Shown piece by piece: positions 1 through 10,352 of a DNA stretch of 64,000 bases; the stretch's first letter is position 1, and the number at the start of each line of letters is the position of its first letter. The stretch spans positions 493 to 64,492 of the forward strand of contig JAFGSY010000011.1 of assembly GCA_016934315.1 (NCBI GenBank). The letters run 5' to 3'. A model generated the notes under the pieces. That model was given only the letters and a program-made list of their open reading frames with translations, did no database searches and was not told where the DNA came from. The position numbers and the translations under genes were made by a program. The stretch comes from Candidatus Anaeroferrophillus wilburensis. GTDB taxonomy: Bacteria; Desulfobacterota; Anaeroferrophillalia; Anaeroferrophillales; Anaeroferrophillaceae.

Positions 1-1059
1 AACAATTATGGTGATGTGGTTGGGGAGGGGCTGAACTATGTTTTCAGCCAGGCGACAACCTATGCAATTGGTGTAGAGCCAACCGGTAATCCCGATGGTG
101 ATGGCGATGGTTTGGGGGTTAAATTTGTTCTCGGGGGCAATAACTCTAGAGATACCTATGTGACCGGATTGGTGCTGCCGGCAATTGCTGCCACGGGGAC
201 TCCCGGTGCCGTGGTCACCACCGGGGCGCTTTCCGGGATGACGTATGCGGAAGTTGTTCAGGATACGGTGGATTATTTTGCCTATGGCCAAGCAGATCCC
301 GGAAATGTTTACCGGGGTGGTTGGCGCTACTATGCTGACTATGGTCAAGCTGATAATTCCACTGCCCAATGGCCGGTGATTGCCAGCCTGTTTGCCGGCG
401 ACATGGGCGTCAGCGCACCTCAGTTTGTCCGTGATGAGCTGCAATATTGGATTGACTATGTCCAGTATAGAGATGGAAGTGGGACTGGTCTTGATGGTTC
501 ATCTGGGTATGATAGACCTTTAATGTATAATAATGCAGCGAAAACTGGCGGCCTGCTGGTTGAGATGGCCTTTGCCGGCGAGGATCTTGGGGGGACGGCG
601 TATGACCTGTTACATCCGGATCTCTTGGCAGCTTTAGCGTATCTTGATCGTGAGTGGCAGGGTACCCCATCTGGCACCTGGTATGGAAATTTTGGCCATC
701 CCTATGCCATGTGGAGTGTCTACAAGGGTCTGGAAACGACTATTGGTCTTGATGATACCACCTATATCACCAACTATTTCTATGACCCGACTACTGTGAC
801 CCTTGATGTAGGGGATACCTACACTTGGTGGGAGGATTACTGTGAGTGGTTGGTTTTAAATCAAGGTGCTAGTGGTGCATGGACGGGCTACAGCTACTGG
901 GATGGAGCGTTGTCCACCGCCTGGAACATCAATATCCTGGCGGCTACCGAGATCCCCAATGGTAATGAACCGGTTCCTGAGCCGGCAACCATGGTCCTGT
1001 TCGGTGTCGGGCTTCTGGGGCTGGGTATGATCAATCGGCGGCGGAAAAAAGATCAGTAA
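1..1059 (+). CDS. PEP-CTERM sorting-domain surface protein with prenyltransferase/squalene-cyclase-like repeats (5' truncated by window)
   Basis: Frame is open from base 1. C-terminus VPEPATMVLFGVGLLGLGMINRRRKK = PEP motif, TM helix, basic tail. Internal GGWRY, DNSTAQW, GSSGY and QGASGAW resemble alpha/alpha-barrel QW-type repeats. Confidence 0.85.
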   Translation, partial: NNYGDVVGEGLNYVFSQATTYAIGVEPTGNPDGDGDGLGVKFVLGGNNSRDTYVTGLVLPAIAATGTPGAVVTTGALSGMTYAEVVQDTVDYFAYGQADPGNVYRGGWRYYADYGQADNSTAQWPVIASLFAGDMGVSAPQFVRDELQYWIDYVQYRDGSGTGLDGSSGYDRPLMYNNAAKTGGLLVEMAFAGEDLGGTAYDLLHPDLLAALAYLDREWQGTPSGTWYGNFGHPYAMWSVYKGLETTIGLDDTTYITNYFYDPTTVTLDVGDTYTWWEDYCEWLVLNQGASGAWTGYSYWDGALSTAWNINILAATEIPNGNEPVPEPATMVLFGVGLLGLGMINRRRKKDQ

Positions 1060-1073
1060 CCTCGCTGGCTGAT

Positions 1074-1105
1074 AGAAAAGAGCAGGTGCAGGCCTGCTCT
1101 TTTCT
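1074..1105 (+). terminator. Intrinsic terminator-like hairpin after the PEP-CTERM gene
   Basis: AGAAAAGAGCAGG-tgcagg-CCTGCTCTTTTCT, perfect 13-bp stem. Confidence 0.7.
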
Positions 1106-1156
1106 TGTTGGCTGCAGGATAAAATAGGTATGTGTTCTGTGTGCGTGGGAGGGAAT

Positions 1157-2887
1157 ATGAACGGTTTTTTATCTGCCAGCCCCGGCCGGTTGATGGTCCG
1201 CTTGCCACTGGTTGCGGTGTGTGCTGTTGCTCTGGTCTTTTTCTTTGCCACTCCGGCCAGTACCGTTGTCATTGATAGCAGCTCTGAGGTGCTGCCCGAG
1301 AATGACTTTTCCGTCCATCAGGACCTGCTTTCCCTGCTCCAGACCGATCCCACAGAGGAACTGCTGACCCTGGCCGAGATCCAGCTAGCTAGGGGTGCCT
1401 GGCAGGAAGCCAAAGAGTATCTCAACGCCGTGCTGGTACGCAAAGAGGGACATCAGCAGGCCCGGGGGTTATTGGGGGTGCTGGCGGCTCTCGGCGGCTC
1501 CAGTGATGAGGCGGCAAAGCAGCTTGAAATGCTGGGCGACCATCAAGCGCAGGAGGTCAACCGGCAGCTGATCAGGGCGATTCTGGCCGCCCAGCGGCAG
1601 GATTTTAGCCGGGCGCAAACATCTCTTGATGCGGTGCTGCAACAGCAGCCGGAAAACCTTATCGGTCTTTATTACCAGGGCAGTCTGCTGCTGGCCCAGG
1701 AAAAATTGCCCCAAGCCGAAGTGTTTTTAGGCCGGGTCCGGGACGCGTATCCCAACTTTCCGCCGGCTGCCGCCGGCCTGGCCCAGGTGTACCGGGGCCA
1801 GTGTAATGCTGCCAAAGCGATTGATTTACTCCGGCAGGCCGTTACGCTGGATCCGGATAATATTCTCTACCGCCGCCAGCTGGTGGAACTGTACCGTCAG
1901 GCCGGCAACCAGGAAGCGGCCAATCAGGAGACCATCACGATGGTCTATTACGCCCCCGGGGTGAAACAGGCAACCATCGAACAGGGGATGAAACTGCTGG
2001 CGGTGGGTGCCTATGACGCGGCCATCGAGCGGATGGCAAAAGCACTCCAGGTGTATGGCCATATTCCCGAGGCCCATTATATCACGGCGGCGGCCTTGAT
2101 CAATCAGGGTGGCAGTGAGAAGCGGGCCCTCGATCACCTTGATACCTTCCTGGCGGGCCGCAAGGGGCTGCCCCTCAGTCATCACTATGCCGGCATTGCC
2201 TATCTGTCCCTGCAGCAATTGGATCAGGCGGAAATCCAGTTTAAGAAGGCTATCAGCCTGAATCCGCGCCTGGGCCGGAGTTTCATCCCGCTGGTGATCA
2301 TTGAGCAGGTGAAGGGCAACTATGATGTTGCCTTGGGCGGCCTGGCCCTGGCGCGCAGATGGGGTGAACCGGCGCCGCTGGTGGATTATTTGACCGCCCA
2401 TGTGCTGCTGGCCAGGGGTGATACTGAGGGTTTTCAGGTAGCAATAAAAGGGGCGGCAGCATTGCTGCCAAAGATCCAGGAAACGGCGGCTTTTATCCTG
2501 CCTGCCAAAAAGGATCGGGAAGCCTTCTGCCGGGCGCGCAATCTGCTGGCTCTCCTGTTTTACAACGGCTGGTATGGCAGCGCCGGAGAGGTTGCGTCCA
2601 GTCTTATACATAAAAATCGTGATGATCGGTTTGCCTGGTACTTCACCCTGCTTGTTTCCGAAACTACCAATCAGCATGCCCGCGGGATGAGCGCGGCGCG
2701 GGAACTGGTGCGGATAGATCCGTTGACACCGGCCTGGTGGCAGCAGCTGGGATTGCTTGCCCGGCAGGAGGGTAATCTTCAGGAGGCAGAAAATGCCTAT
2801 AAAAAAGTGGTGGAACTCGATCCAGCTTCAGAGCCGGCACGGACCGAACTGAGTAAAATCACCCTTGAAAGACAGAGAAAGGAGTAG
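1157..2887 (+). CDS. Exported tetratricopeptide-repeat protein (possibly PrsT-like)
   Basis: ATG at 1157 after GGAGGG. Hydrophobic signal/TM segment, then many TPR-like units (e.g. AEIQFKKAISLNP, AENAYKKVVELDP). Adjacent to the PEP-CTERM gene. Confidence 0.75.
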   Translation: MNGFLSASPGRLMVRLPLVAVCAVALVFFFATPASTVVIDSSSEVLPENDFSVHQDLLSLLQTDPTEELLTLAEIQLARGAWQEAKEYLNAVLVRKEGHQQARGLLGVLAALGGSSDEAAKQLEMLGDHQAQEVNRQLIRAILAAQRQDFSRAQTSLDAVLQQQPENLIGLYYQGSLLLAQEKLPQAEVFLGRVRDAYPNFPPAAAGLAQVYRGQCNAAKAIDLLRQAVTLDPDNILYRRQLVELYRQAGNQEAANQETITMVYYAPGVKQATIEQGMKLLAVGAYDAAIERMAKALQVYGHIPEAHYITAAALINQGGSEKRALDHLDTFLAGRKGLPLSHHYAGIAYLSLQQLDQAEIQFKKAISLNPRLGRSFIPLVIIEQVKGNYDVALGGLALARRWGEPAPLVDYLTAHVLLARGDTEGFQVAIKGAAALLPKIQETAAFILPAKKDREAFCRARNLLALLFYNGWYGSAGEVASSLIHKNRDDRFAWYFTLLVSETTNQHARGMSAARELVRIDPLTPAWWQQLGLLARQEGNLQEAENAYKKVVELDPASEPARTELSKITLERQRKE

Positions 2888-3008
2888 CGGCGGAGCCTTT
2901 CTGCATCCAAAAATGATCATTTCTTTGTTTTTCCAGTGAAGAAGAGCCACAGATTGTGGCTCTTCTTTTGGTGATGGGGATTGTTTTTCATTCCGATAAT
3001 CTGCTACA

Positions 3009-3752
3009 ATGGAAACAATGTTCCATAACAGCAGCGCCAATAGGTTCTACCCATTGAGTCACTCTCCTCTTGCCAAAGCCACAGTGTGCATGATGACGGC
3101 TTTATTGTTGTTTTCCGGTGCCTGTAGCCGTCAGCTGGCGGCAACCAGACAGCGGTTGGGGGAGGCGGTGGTCCCCACCGACGTGAAGATGATCAATCAT
3201 CACATGGAGCAGCACTACCAGGAATTGGAGGAGTTTACCCGCCGGCTGTATGCGAAGAATCCCAAATATGAACCGGATCTGGTGCTGCGGGAAGAGAAGA
3301 TCAAGGCGATCTTCCATGGCGGCGAACCGCCGGAGCGTTATTTTTACGGTCAGCCTTCCCATGAAATTCTGCGGGCCGCTTTTGATCCCGTCACTGACTA
3401 TGGCGATCGGGTTTATCTGCTGAGTCTTGGCCTGGTGAAAAGTGTCAGGGAAGCCTATGGGGTGGAGGATGGACAGTTATTCAGCAGCCTGCAGCTGCCG
3501 CTGGAAAAGCTGGAGACGCTTTATCACAATATCAGCCAGGTGAACTGGCGGCTGAAGGTCTATCGCGATGACCTGGGGGAGCTCTTGTTTCTCACCAATG
3601 AAGCAGCAGCGGACGGCTACCTGAATATGGGCTATGAGGTGATCATGACCCGGGTGCTCACCAGAATAGCTGACGATATTTTTCTGCGCGGCGGCTCGCC
3701 ACCGAAGTTTTTCTTCAATATGTCCACCATGTTTCTGGCAATTCTGTTCTGA
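3009..3752 (+). CDS. Hypothetical lipoprotein
   Basis: 247-aa ORF with a hydrophobic stretch ending in a lipobox-like FSGAC. Start uncertain. Confidence 0.6.
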   Translation: METMFHNSSANRFYPLSHSPLAKATVCMMTALLLFSGACSRQLAATRQRLGEAVVPTDVKMINHHMEQHYQELEEFTRRLYAKNPKYEPDLVLREEKIKAIFHGGEPPERYFYGQPSHEILRAAFDPVTDYGDRVYLLSLGLVKSVREAYGVEDGQLFSSLQLPLEKLETLYHNISQVNWRLKVYRDDLGELLFLTNEAAADGYLNMGYEVIMTRVLTRIADDIFLRGGSPPKFFFNMSTMFLAILF

Positions 3753-3761
3753 GTCCTTGAC

Positions 3762-5999
3762 TCAGATGTTGTCGATCAGGACCTTGCGTGGTTTGCTGCC
3801 TTCGGCCGGGCCGATGACCCCTTCTGCTTCCATGGTTTCAATGATTCTGGCGGCCCGGTTGTAGCCGATCCTGAATTTCCGCTGGATCAGCGAGGCGGAG
3901 GCGGTTTTTACTTCAGCGACGAAGGCCACCGCCTGGTCATACAATTCATCGTAACCCTCCTCGTCACTTTCCCCGCCGTCAACGGCAAGGGCGGCTTTAT
4001 TGCGTTCTTTGCGCGATTTGGCCAGCTCCTCCTCCTGTTTTTTCAGCATGTCGTCATCATACTGGGGTTTGCCCTGTTTTTTGAGGAAGTCGGTGACCCT
4101 CCTGATCTCCCTGTCGTTAAGAAAGGAGCCATGGAGGCGGGTGAAATTAGAGGTTCCCGAGCCGGGCTGGAGAAACAGCATGTCGCCGTTGCCCAGCAGG
4201 TGTTCGGCGCCCATGGCGTCAAGGATGGTGCGGGAGTCCACCCGGGATGAAACCCGAAAGGAGATGCGGGCCGGAAAATTGGCCTTGATCAGGCCGGTGA
4301 TCACATCAACCGACGGCCGCTGGGTCGCCAGCACCAGGTGGATGCCGGCCGCCCTGGCCATCTGGGCCAGGCGAGTGATGGATTCTTCCACATCCTTGGC
4401 GGCAACCATCATCAGGTCGGCCAGTTCATCGATGACCACGACAATATAGGGTAGCATTTCGGTATGCTGCTGCTCGTCCTCATTCTGCTGCTGGGCCTGT
4501 TTGCGGACCAGTTTGTTGTAGGCCAGGATGTTGCGGGTGCCGCTTTCCGACATCAGGCTGTAGCGACGTTCCATCTCATCAACGGCCCAGCGCAGGGCGG
4601 CCGCGGCCCGTTTCGGGTTGGTGACCACCGGCAGCAGCAGGTTGGGAATGTTGTCGTAGATGGACAGCTCCAGCATTTTGGGATCCACCATGATAAAGCG
4701 AACCTGTTCGGGGGTCGATTTGAACAGAATACTGCAGATCATCGTATTGATGGCCACGCTTTTGCCGGACCCGGTGGAGCCGGCAATCAGCAGGTGGGGC
4801 ATTTTGGTCAGATCGCTGACGAACGGGGCGCCGCCGATGTCTTTCCCCAGGGCCAGGGGCAGGAGAGACCTGTTGGTCTGGAAGGCGTCGGAGACGATCA
4901 GCTCCTTGAAATAGACATCCTCCCGTTCAAGGTTGGGAATCTCGATGCCGACCACCGATTTGCCCGGGATGGGGGCGACAATCCTCACTGACATGGCACT
5001 CAGGGCCAGGGCCAGGTCATCTGCCAGGGAAACAATTTTATTCAGTTTGGTGCCGGCTGCCGGCCTGAATTCAAACATGGTCACCACCGGGCCGGGGTAA
5101 ACCTCGGTAACCTGGCCTTCAACCCCGTAATCCAGCAGCTTCTTCTCCAGAATCTGGGACTGCATCAGCAGGCTTTTATCATTGTGGGAGACCTTCTTTT
5201 TAGGCGGTGGATCATCAAGCATGGAGGTCCGGGGCAGAGTTATCTTGCCTGATTCCTGGAAAAAAGGCAGGATCTCCTGCTGAAGGATCTCCTTTTCCGG
5301 GGCGGGGGCTTTGGGTTTTTTTTCAATTTTGATTACCGGTTTGGCTGGCGCTGACCGGTCTTTGGCTTTCTTCTGCTGCCTGGCTGCCATCTGCCGGAGA
5401 GAGACCAGCATGGCTAGACAGGCTCTGGAAAGCATCTGGCTGGAGTTCAGAAAGCCCTCGGCGACAATCGCCATCAACTTCAAAGGCGAAATATGAGTGG
5501 TGACGATAATGGCCAGGGAGAAAATGACCAGCATCAAAAGGCAGGTTCCCACCTGGTTGAGATAGGAGAGAAAAAGGGCGGCCATCAGGTAGCCGAATAC
5601 CCCCCCTGATTTGAGCGCCTGCTGATGGTAGGTAAAGGTCGGGCTGATCAGTGATGTCCAGATGGAGGTACTCAGCAGCAGCAGCACGGCTCCCGGATAG
5701 CTGCTCCATGGGGGCGGTTTTTTGCTGGCCAAGAGGGTCAGGAATATGCCGAACAGATAGAGAGGGATGACTACTGCCGCCAAGCCGAAAGCCTGCACCA
5801 GCAGATCGGCAATGATCGCCCCCAGCCGGCCGCTGAAGTTGTGAATCTCCCGGCCGGGGATGGCGGCGGTGTTCCATGAGGGATCTTGTGGCGAAAAGGA
5901 CACCAGGCAGATGAGCAGAAAGACGGCAAGGCCGAGCACCAGAATGCCGCTTATCTCATACTTCCATTCCTGACGATCCAGTTGCAGTCGTTTTAACAT
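3762..5999 (-). CDS. ftsK: DNA translocase FtsK
   Basis: N-terminal 4TM region, Walker A GSTGSGKS, MVDPKMLE, IDELADLM, ATQRPSVDVITG, gamma domain SASLIQRKFRIGYNRAARII. Confidence 0.97.
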   Translation of the reverse strand: MLKRLQLDRQEWKYEISGILVLGLAVFLLICLVSFSPQDPSWNTAAIPGREIHNFSGRLGAIIADLLVQAFGLAAVVIPLYLFGIFLTLLASKKPPPWSSYPGAVLLLLSTSIWTSLISPTFTYHQQALKSGGVFGYLMAALFLSYLNQVGTCLLMLVIFSLAIIVTTHISPLKLMAIVAEGFLNSSQMLSRACLAMLVSLRQMAARQQKKAKDRSAPAKPVIKIEKKPKAPAPEKEILQQEILPFFQESGKITLPRTSMLDDPPPKKKVSHNDKSLLMQSQILEKKLLDYGVEGQVTEVYPGPVVTMFEFRPAAGTKLNKIVSLADDLALALSAMSVRIVAPIPGKSVVGIEIPNLEREDVYFKELIVSDAFQTNRSLLPLALGKDIGGAPFVSDLTKMPHLLIAGSTGSGKSVAINTMICSILFKSTPEQVRFIMVDPKMLELSIYDNIPNLLLPVVTNPKRAAAALRWAVDEMERRYSLMSESGTRNILAYNKLVRKQAQQQNEDEQQHTEMLPYIVVVIDELADLMMVAAKDVEESITRLAQMARAAGIHLVLATQRPSVDVITGLIKANFPARISFRVSSRVDSRTILDAMGAEHLLGNGDMLFLQPGSGTSNFTRLHGSFLNDREIRRVTDFLKKQGKPQYDDDMLKKQEEELAKSRKERNKAALAVDGGESDEEGYDELYDQAVAFVAEVKTASASLIQRKFRIGYNRAARIIETMEAEGVIGPAEGSKPRKVLIDNI

Positions 6000-6090
6000 A
6001 GTTGAGGTCTTTTTACGCTGTGCCGATGATGTTGTGGCAGGTTATTACCCTCTATTTGGTTCATTCTCAATTCCTTGTACCCTGCCTTAT

Positions 6091-7761
6091 CTATAGTTCA
6101 ATGATGACCGGCAGAATAATTGGACTACGCTGTAAATTGCGCTTGAAAAACCTTTTTAGACTGGTGCGGACTGTTGTTTTCAGCTCGATCCAGTCGGTTC
6201 GCTCAGCGGCCGGAATGTTTGCCAGCGTTTCGGTGACAACCGCCAGCGCTTGGGCGAGAATCTCTTCCTTCTCATCCTCAAAAATCAGACCTTTAGTAGT
6301 GATATCAGGCCCGTAGACCACGTCCCCGGTTGACTCATTAATGGCAATAACCACCAGTGCGACCCCATCTCGGGATAGGTGTTTACGGTCATGGAGGATG
6401 ACATCCTTTACTTCGCCTACCCCTTTGCCGTCAATGAGGATTTTACCGGTTTCAACAGTGCCGGTGCAACGGATGCCGTCTTGGTCCAGGGAGATAATAT
6501 CACCGTCGCCGGCAATGACGATGTGGTCGGCAGTAATCCCCTGTTCCTTGGCCAACTGGGCATGCTGAACCAGGTGGCGATATTCACCGTGGATGGGAAT
6601 GAAATTCTCCGGTTTCACCAGGTTGAGCAGCAGACGCAGCTCATCACGGTGAGCATGGCCGGAGGTATGGGTAAATGCGATCGGTTTGTAGAGTACCCTG
6701 GCGCCGCGACGGTAGAGGCGGTTGATCAGGTTGTTGATTGCTTTTTCATTGCCGGGAATGAACCGTGAGGAAAAGATGATCGTATCTCCGGGAATGACCT
6801 GCAGCCATTTATTGCCCCCGGCGGCCAGGAGCGAGAGGCCGGAGAACGGTTCCCCCTGGCTGCCGGTGGTGATCAGCAGCAGCTGCTCAGGATTGTAGGC
6901 ACCGGTTTCCTGGATGTCGATCAGGGTGTTGTCGGGAATGACAAGATATCCCAGTTCCCGGGCCACCATGACGTTGTTCAGCAGGCTGCGGCCGTACAGT
7001 GCTACCTTGCGCTGCTGCCGGTGAGCCAGGTTGATAAGTTCATGAATGCGCAGCAGATTGGAAGAGAACAATGAAATGATGATTCTCCCGGGACAGGTGG
7101 GGAAAAGTGCTGCCATGGCCTCTTTTACCCGCCGCTCAGGGGCGGAAAAGCCTTCCTGCTCAACGTTGGTGCTGTCCGAGAGCAGCAGCTTGACTCCGTT
7201 TTCGCCGCGCCGGGCAAATTCAGCCAGGTCGGTATGATCGCTTCCCAAAGGAGTGGAGTCGATCTTGAAATCCCCGGTATGGATGATGTTGCCGGCTTCG
7301 GTGGTGATGTGCAGGGCAACGCCATCGGGAATTGAGTGAATCACCCGGATAAATTCAACAATGAAATGGTTGGTGACCAGGCTTTCCCCCGGTTTGACCG
7401 TCACAAACCGGGTGCTTTCATGGAGGGAAAACTCCTTAAGCTTATTTTTGATCAACCCGAGGGTGAACGGGGTACCGTAGACGGGAACCTGCAGGTCAGG
7501 CAGTACGAAGGGCAGGGCACCGATGTGGTCTTCGTGCCCATGGGTGATAATGATTCCCTTGATCCGCTGCCGGTTTTCCTTCAGGTAGGTGGTGTCGGGG
7601 ATAACCAGATCTACCCCCAGCATGTAGGGTTCAGGGAACATCAGGCCGCAGTCGATGACCAGAATTTCATCATCGCACTCAATGGCCATCATATTCATGC
7701 CGATCTCCCCCATCCCGCCAAGGGGAATCAACCGGACTTCAGGTGAGGGTTGTGCCATCAT
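6091..7761 (-). CDS. rnj: Ribonuclease J
   Basis: IPLGGMGEIGMNM, THGHEDHIG, HTGDFKID, TGSQGEP, HTSGHA, PIHGEYRH. Confidence 0.96.
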   Translation of the reverse strand: MMAQPSPEVRLIPLGGMGEIGMNMMAIECDDEILVIDCGLMFPEPYMLGVDLVIPDTTYLKENRQRIKGIIITHGHEDHIGALPFVLPDLQVPVYGTPFTLGLIKNKLKEFSLHESTRFVTVKPGESLVTNHFIVEFIRVIHSIPDGVALHITTEAGNIIHTGDFKIDSTPLGSDHTDLAEFARRGENGVKLLLSDSTNVEQEGFSAPERRVKEAMAALFPTCPGRIIISLFSSNLLRIHELINLAHRQQRKVALYGRSLLNNVMVARELGYLVIPDNTLIDIQETGAYNPEQLLLITTGSQGEPFSGLSLLAAGGNKWLQVIPGDTIIFSSRFIPGNEKAINNLINRLYRRGARVLYKPIAFTHTSGHAHRDELRLLLNLVKPENFIPIHGEYRHLVQHAQLAKEQGITADHIVIAGDGDIISLDQDGIRCTGTVETGKILIDGKGVGEVKDVILHDRKHLSRDGVALVVIAINESTGDVVYGPDITTKGLIFEDEKEEILAQALAVVTETLANIPAAERTDWIELKTTVRTSLKRFFKRNLQRSPIILPVIIEL

Positions 7762-8886
7762 GAGTCTCGGTTTTCAGGCTGCAGGTTCATCTGGTTCAGC
7801 AGATAGGCTTCGACAAATGAATCGAGATTGCCGTCGAGAACCTGGGTGACATTGCCGGTTTCATGGTCGGTGCGGTGATCTTTGACCATTTGGTAGGGGT
7901 GGAGAATGTAGGAACGGATCTGGCTTCCCCAGGCAATCTCCTTTTTGGTGCCTTCCACTTTGTCAATCTCTTCCTGGCGCTGGGCCATTTCCGCTTCATA
8001 GAGCCTGGCCTTGAGGATTTTCATGGCCATGGCCTTGTTTTTGTGCTGCGACCGTTCATTCTGGCACTGGACAACAATGCCGGAAGGCAGATGGGTGATG
8101 CGGACAGCAGAATCGGTCTTGTTGACATGCTGACCGCCGGCGCCGCTGGCCCGGTAGGTGTCGATGCGCAGATCCTTGTCGTTGATTTCAATCTGCACAT
8201 CGTCATCAATCTCGGGAAAGACAAAAACCGAAGCAAACGACGTATGGCGGCGGCTGCCGGCATCAAAGGGGGATATCCTCACCAGACGGTGGATGCCGAT
8301 TTCGGAACGGAAATTGCCGTAGACATAATCGCCGCTGACCGTAAAGGTGGCACTCTTGATGCCCCCTTCGTCCATTGCCAGAATATCAACGATCTCGGTT
8401 TTCCAGCTTCTTTTCTCGGCCCAGCGCAGATACATGCGCAAAAGCATCTCGGCCCAATCCTGAGCCTCGGTTCCGCCGGCGCCGGCGTTGATGCTGACGA
8501 TGGCGTTTCGCCGGTCATGTTCGGCGGCCATCATCTTTTCCAGTTCAATAAGGGAAAAGCTTTTTTCCAGAGAGCTGAGACGCTGCTTCAGCTCGGCAGC
8601 ACCTTCCGCATCCTCCTCTTCTTTGAGCAATTCGGCCAACAGGGTTATCTCTTCCAGTTCATGCTCCACCTGTTGCCAACGTTCTTTTTCCTGGGTCAGG
8701 GCGGTGCGCTCCTTGAGGATTTCAGTCGCCTGCTGCTGATCCTGCCAGAAATCTTCCCTGGCACTGATCCGCTCAATCTCTCCCAGTCGTTTTTCCAGGC
8801 TGGCTACATCAAAGATACCCCCGGTATTTATCTATTTTTGCGGCTAGTTGTTTTATGGTGTCAAGTGTTTCGGGTGTCAAAATCAT
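7758..8886 (-). CDS. prfB: Peptide chain release factor 2, programmed +1 frameshift after codon 25
   Basis: GGAGG RBS (8899-8895), ATG at 8886. ORF1 MILTPETLDTIKQLAAKIDKYRGYL ends at CTT-TGA (8814-8809); the +1 frame continues DVASLEKRL into the ORF carrying SPF and GGQ. Confidence 0.96.
8808..8823 (-). promoter_or_regulatory. prfB frameshift cassette
   Basis: Minus strand reads CGGGGG-TAT-CTT-TGA-T: internal SD-like run plus slippery CTT-TGA. Confidence 0.92.
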
Positions 8887-8930
8887 CAGTGAAGCCTCCG
8901 TCACAGTATCTGCAATGGATTAATTGTTTT

Positions 8931-10019
8931 TTATTTTTTTCTCTGGATCAGTCCCAACCCGGCAACCCCGTAGAGCAGGTGGGGCAGCAAGGCGGCCGGT
9001 GCCGGCGACATAACGCCGCCTTTGCCCAATGCCAGTGAAAAGGAGAGAATAAACCAGAAAGAAAAGCCAATCACCAGGCTTAAGCCGATCCCTCTGGCTG
9101 TGCCGCCGCTGCGCCGGCCGCCAAGGGAAAAAGGGATGCCGAGCAGCACCATAATCGGGCAGGCAAGGGGAAAAAAGAGCTTGTGGTACCGTTGAACCTC
9201 ATATTCTGTTACATCAATGCCAATGTTTTTTACTTTGTCAATATAATGCTGTAGTTCCCGGAAATTCATCTCCTCAACCGCTTTCTGGGGAATGAGAAAA
9301 TCTTTCGGCTGTTCACTGATTGCCAGAGAAACCTGTTGCTGTCGGTTAAATTCCTGCAGATCTGAACGTCCTTCATGGTAGGAAAAGGTGCGGCTGTTTA
9401 CCGCAAAACCGGTCCATATGCCATGCTGATAGACGATTTTTTCCGCATCAACCCGACGTATAAGGCAGGACTGCTCATCCAGCTGATAGATGGTTGCCCC
9501 GCGAATGGTGTCTTCTTCCGGGATCAACTCTTTGAAATGATAGATATAATCCTGCCCCGTATACCATACGTTCTGCAGATTGAAAAGTTTCTTTTCCTTT
9601 TTCTGCTTGATGATCACGGTCTTGATATGCTTGGCCCGGGCGAAGGTTGCGGGTACCAGGTATTCGGTCATGGCAAAGGTGAGCAGGGCTGCGCAGATGC
9701 CGACGATAATCAGCGGCAGGCTCAGCTGGCGCAGGGTGAAGCCGCAGGCCCGGAAAGCGACCAGTTCGTTGTTTTGTCCCATGCTGCCTAAAGTGAGCAT
9801 GGTAGCCAGCAGAAGCGACAGGGGAATAAACTGTGAGGCATAGAATGGCAGCTGGTTGAACAGGTAGACGATGATAATAAATGGTCCCACATGATTTTCA
9901 ATGAAATCATCAAGGCTGCCGAAAAACTCGAGCAGGAGATAGATCGAAAGGAGGGCCAACAGACTCAGGGTGAAAATCTGCAGGAATTCTTTGGTGAGAT
10001 AACGTTGATAAAGCCGCAT
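8931..10019 (-). CDS. lptG: LPS export ABC permease LptG (LptF/G family)
   Basis: Start trimmed to MRLYQRYL. NNELVAFRACG, HKLFFPLACPIMVLLGIPF, 3TM-periplasmic-3TM layout. The ORF-track extension overlaps the tRNA. Confidence 0.85.
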   Translation of the reverse strand: MRLYQRYLTKEFLQIFTLSLLALLSIYLLLEFFGSLDDFIENHVGPFIIIVYLFNQLPFYASQFIPLSLLLATMLTLGSMGQNNELVAFRACGFTLRQLSLPLIIVGICAALLTFAMTEYLVPATFARAKHIKTVIIKQKKEKKLFNLQNVWYTGQDYIYHFKELIPEEDTIRGATIYQLDEQSCLIRRVDAEKIVYQHGIWTGFAVNSRTFSYHEGRSDLQEFNRQQQVSLAISEQPKDFLIPQKAVEEMNFRELQHYIDKVKNIGIDVTEYEVQRYHKLFFPLACPIMVLLGIPFSLGGRRSGGTARGIGLSLVIGFSFWFILSFSLALGKGGVMSPAPAALLPHLLYGVAGLGLIQRKK

Positions 10020-10182
10020 ACTGTCCCGTGGGAAGACAAGCGTAACAGAAGATAAACAGTGCCGGATCATAGCAAAAAAAACCATCCGGGGCAATCTATC
10101 AATGCAAAGCGAAAAGACTCCGGAGCTTTTCCCCTGTTTGCAGGAAAGGATGGCATTGCAACAGGCTGGTTTGTAATAGCTG

Positions 10183-10211
10183 TTGACAACTGAAGCTATT
10201 TGTATTATAAG
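10183..10211 (+). promoter_or_regulatory. Sigma70-type promoter of the tRNA gene
   Basis: TTGACA-17 nt-TATAAG, about 20 nt before the tRNA. Confidence 0.7.
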
Positions 10212-10231
10212 TCCAGGCATATGTACCGTGT

Positions 10232-10308
<77 letters not shown>

Positions 10309-10317
10309 AACATTACC

Positions 10318-10352
10318 GAGGGGTTGCGTTGGAAAAGCGCAACCCCTCTTTC
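10318..10352 (+). terminator. Terminator hairpin after the tRNA
   Basis: GAGGGGTTGCGTT...AGCGCAACCCCTC followed by TTTC. Confidence 0.75.

Noticed and set aside
8809..8811. prfB as a pseudogene, or this TGA as selenocysteine
   Set aside because: The coding sequence resumes in the +1 frame at the known programmed frameshift position.
7863..9038. 391-aa plus-strand ORF and similar long antisense ORFs over infB, clpB, lpxC and gltA
   Set aside because: Shadow frames of well-supported genes on the opposite strand, with no recognisable motifs.
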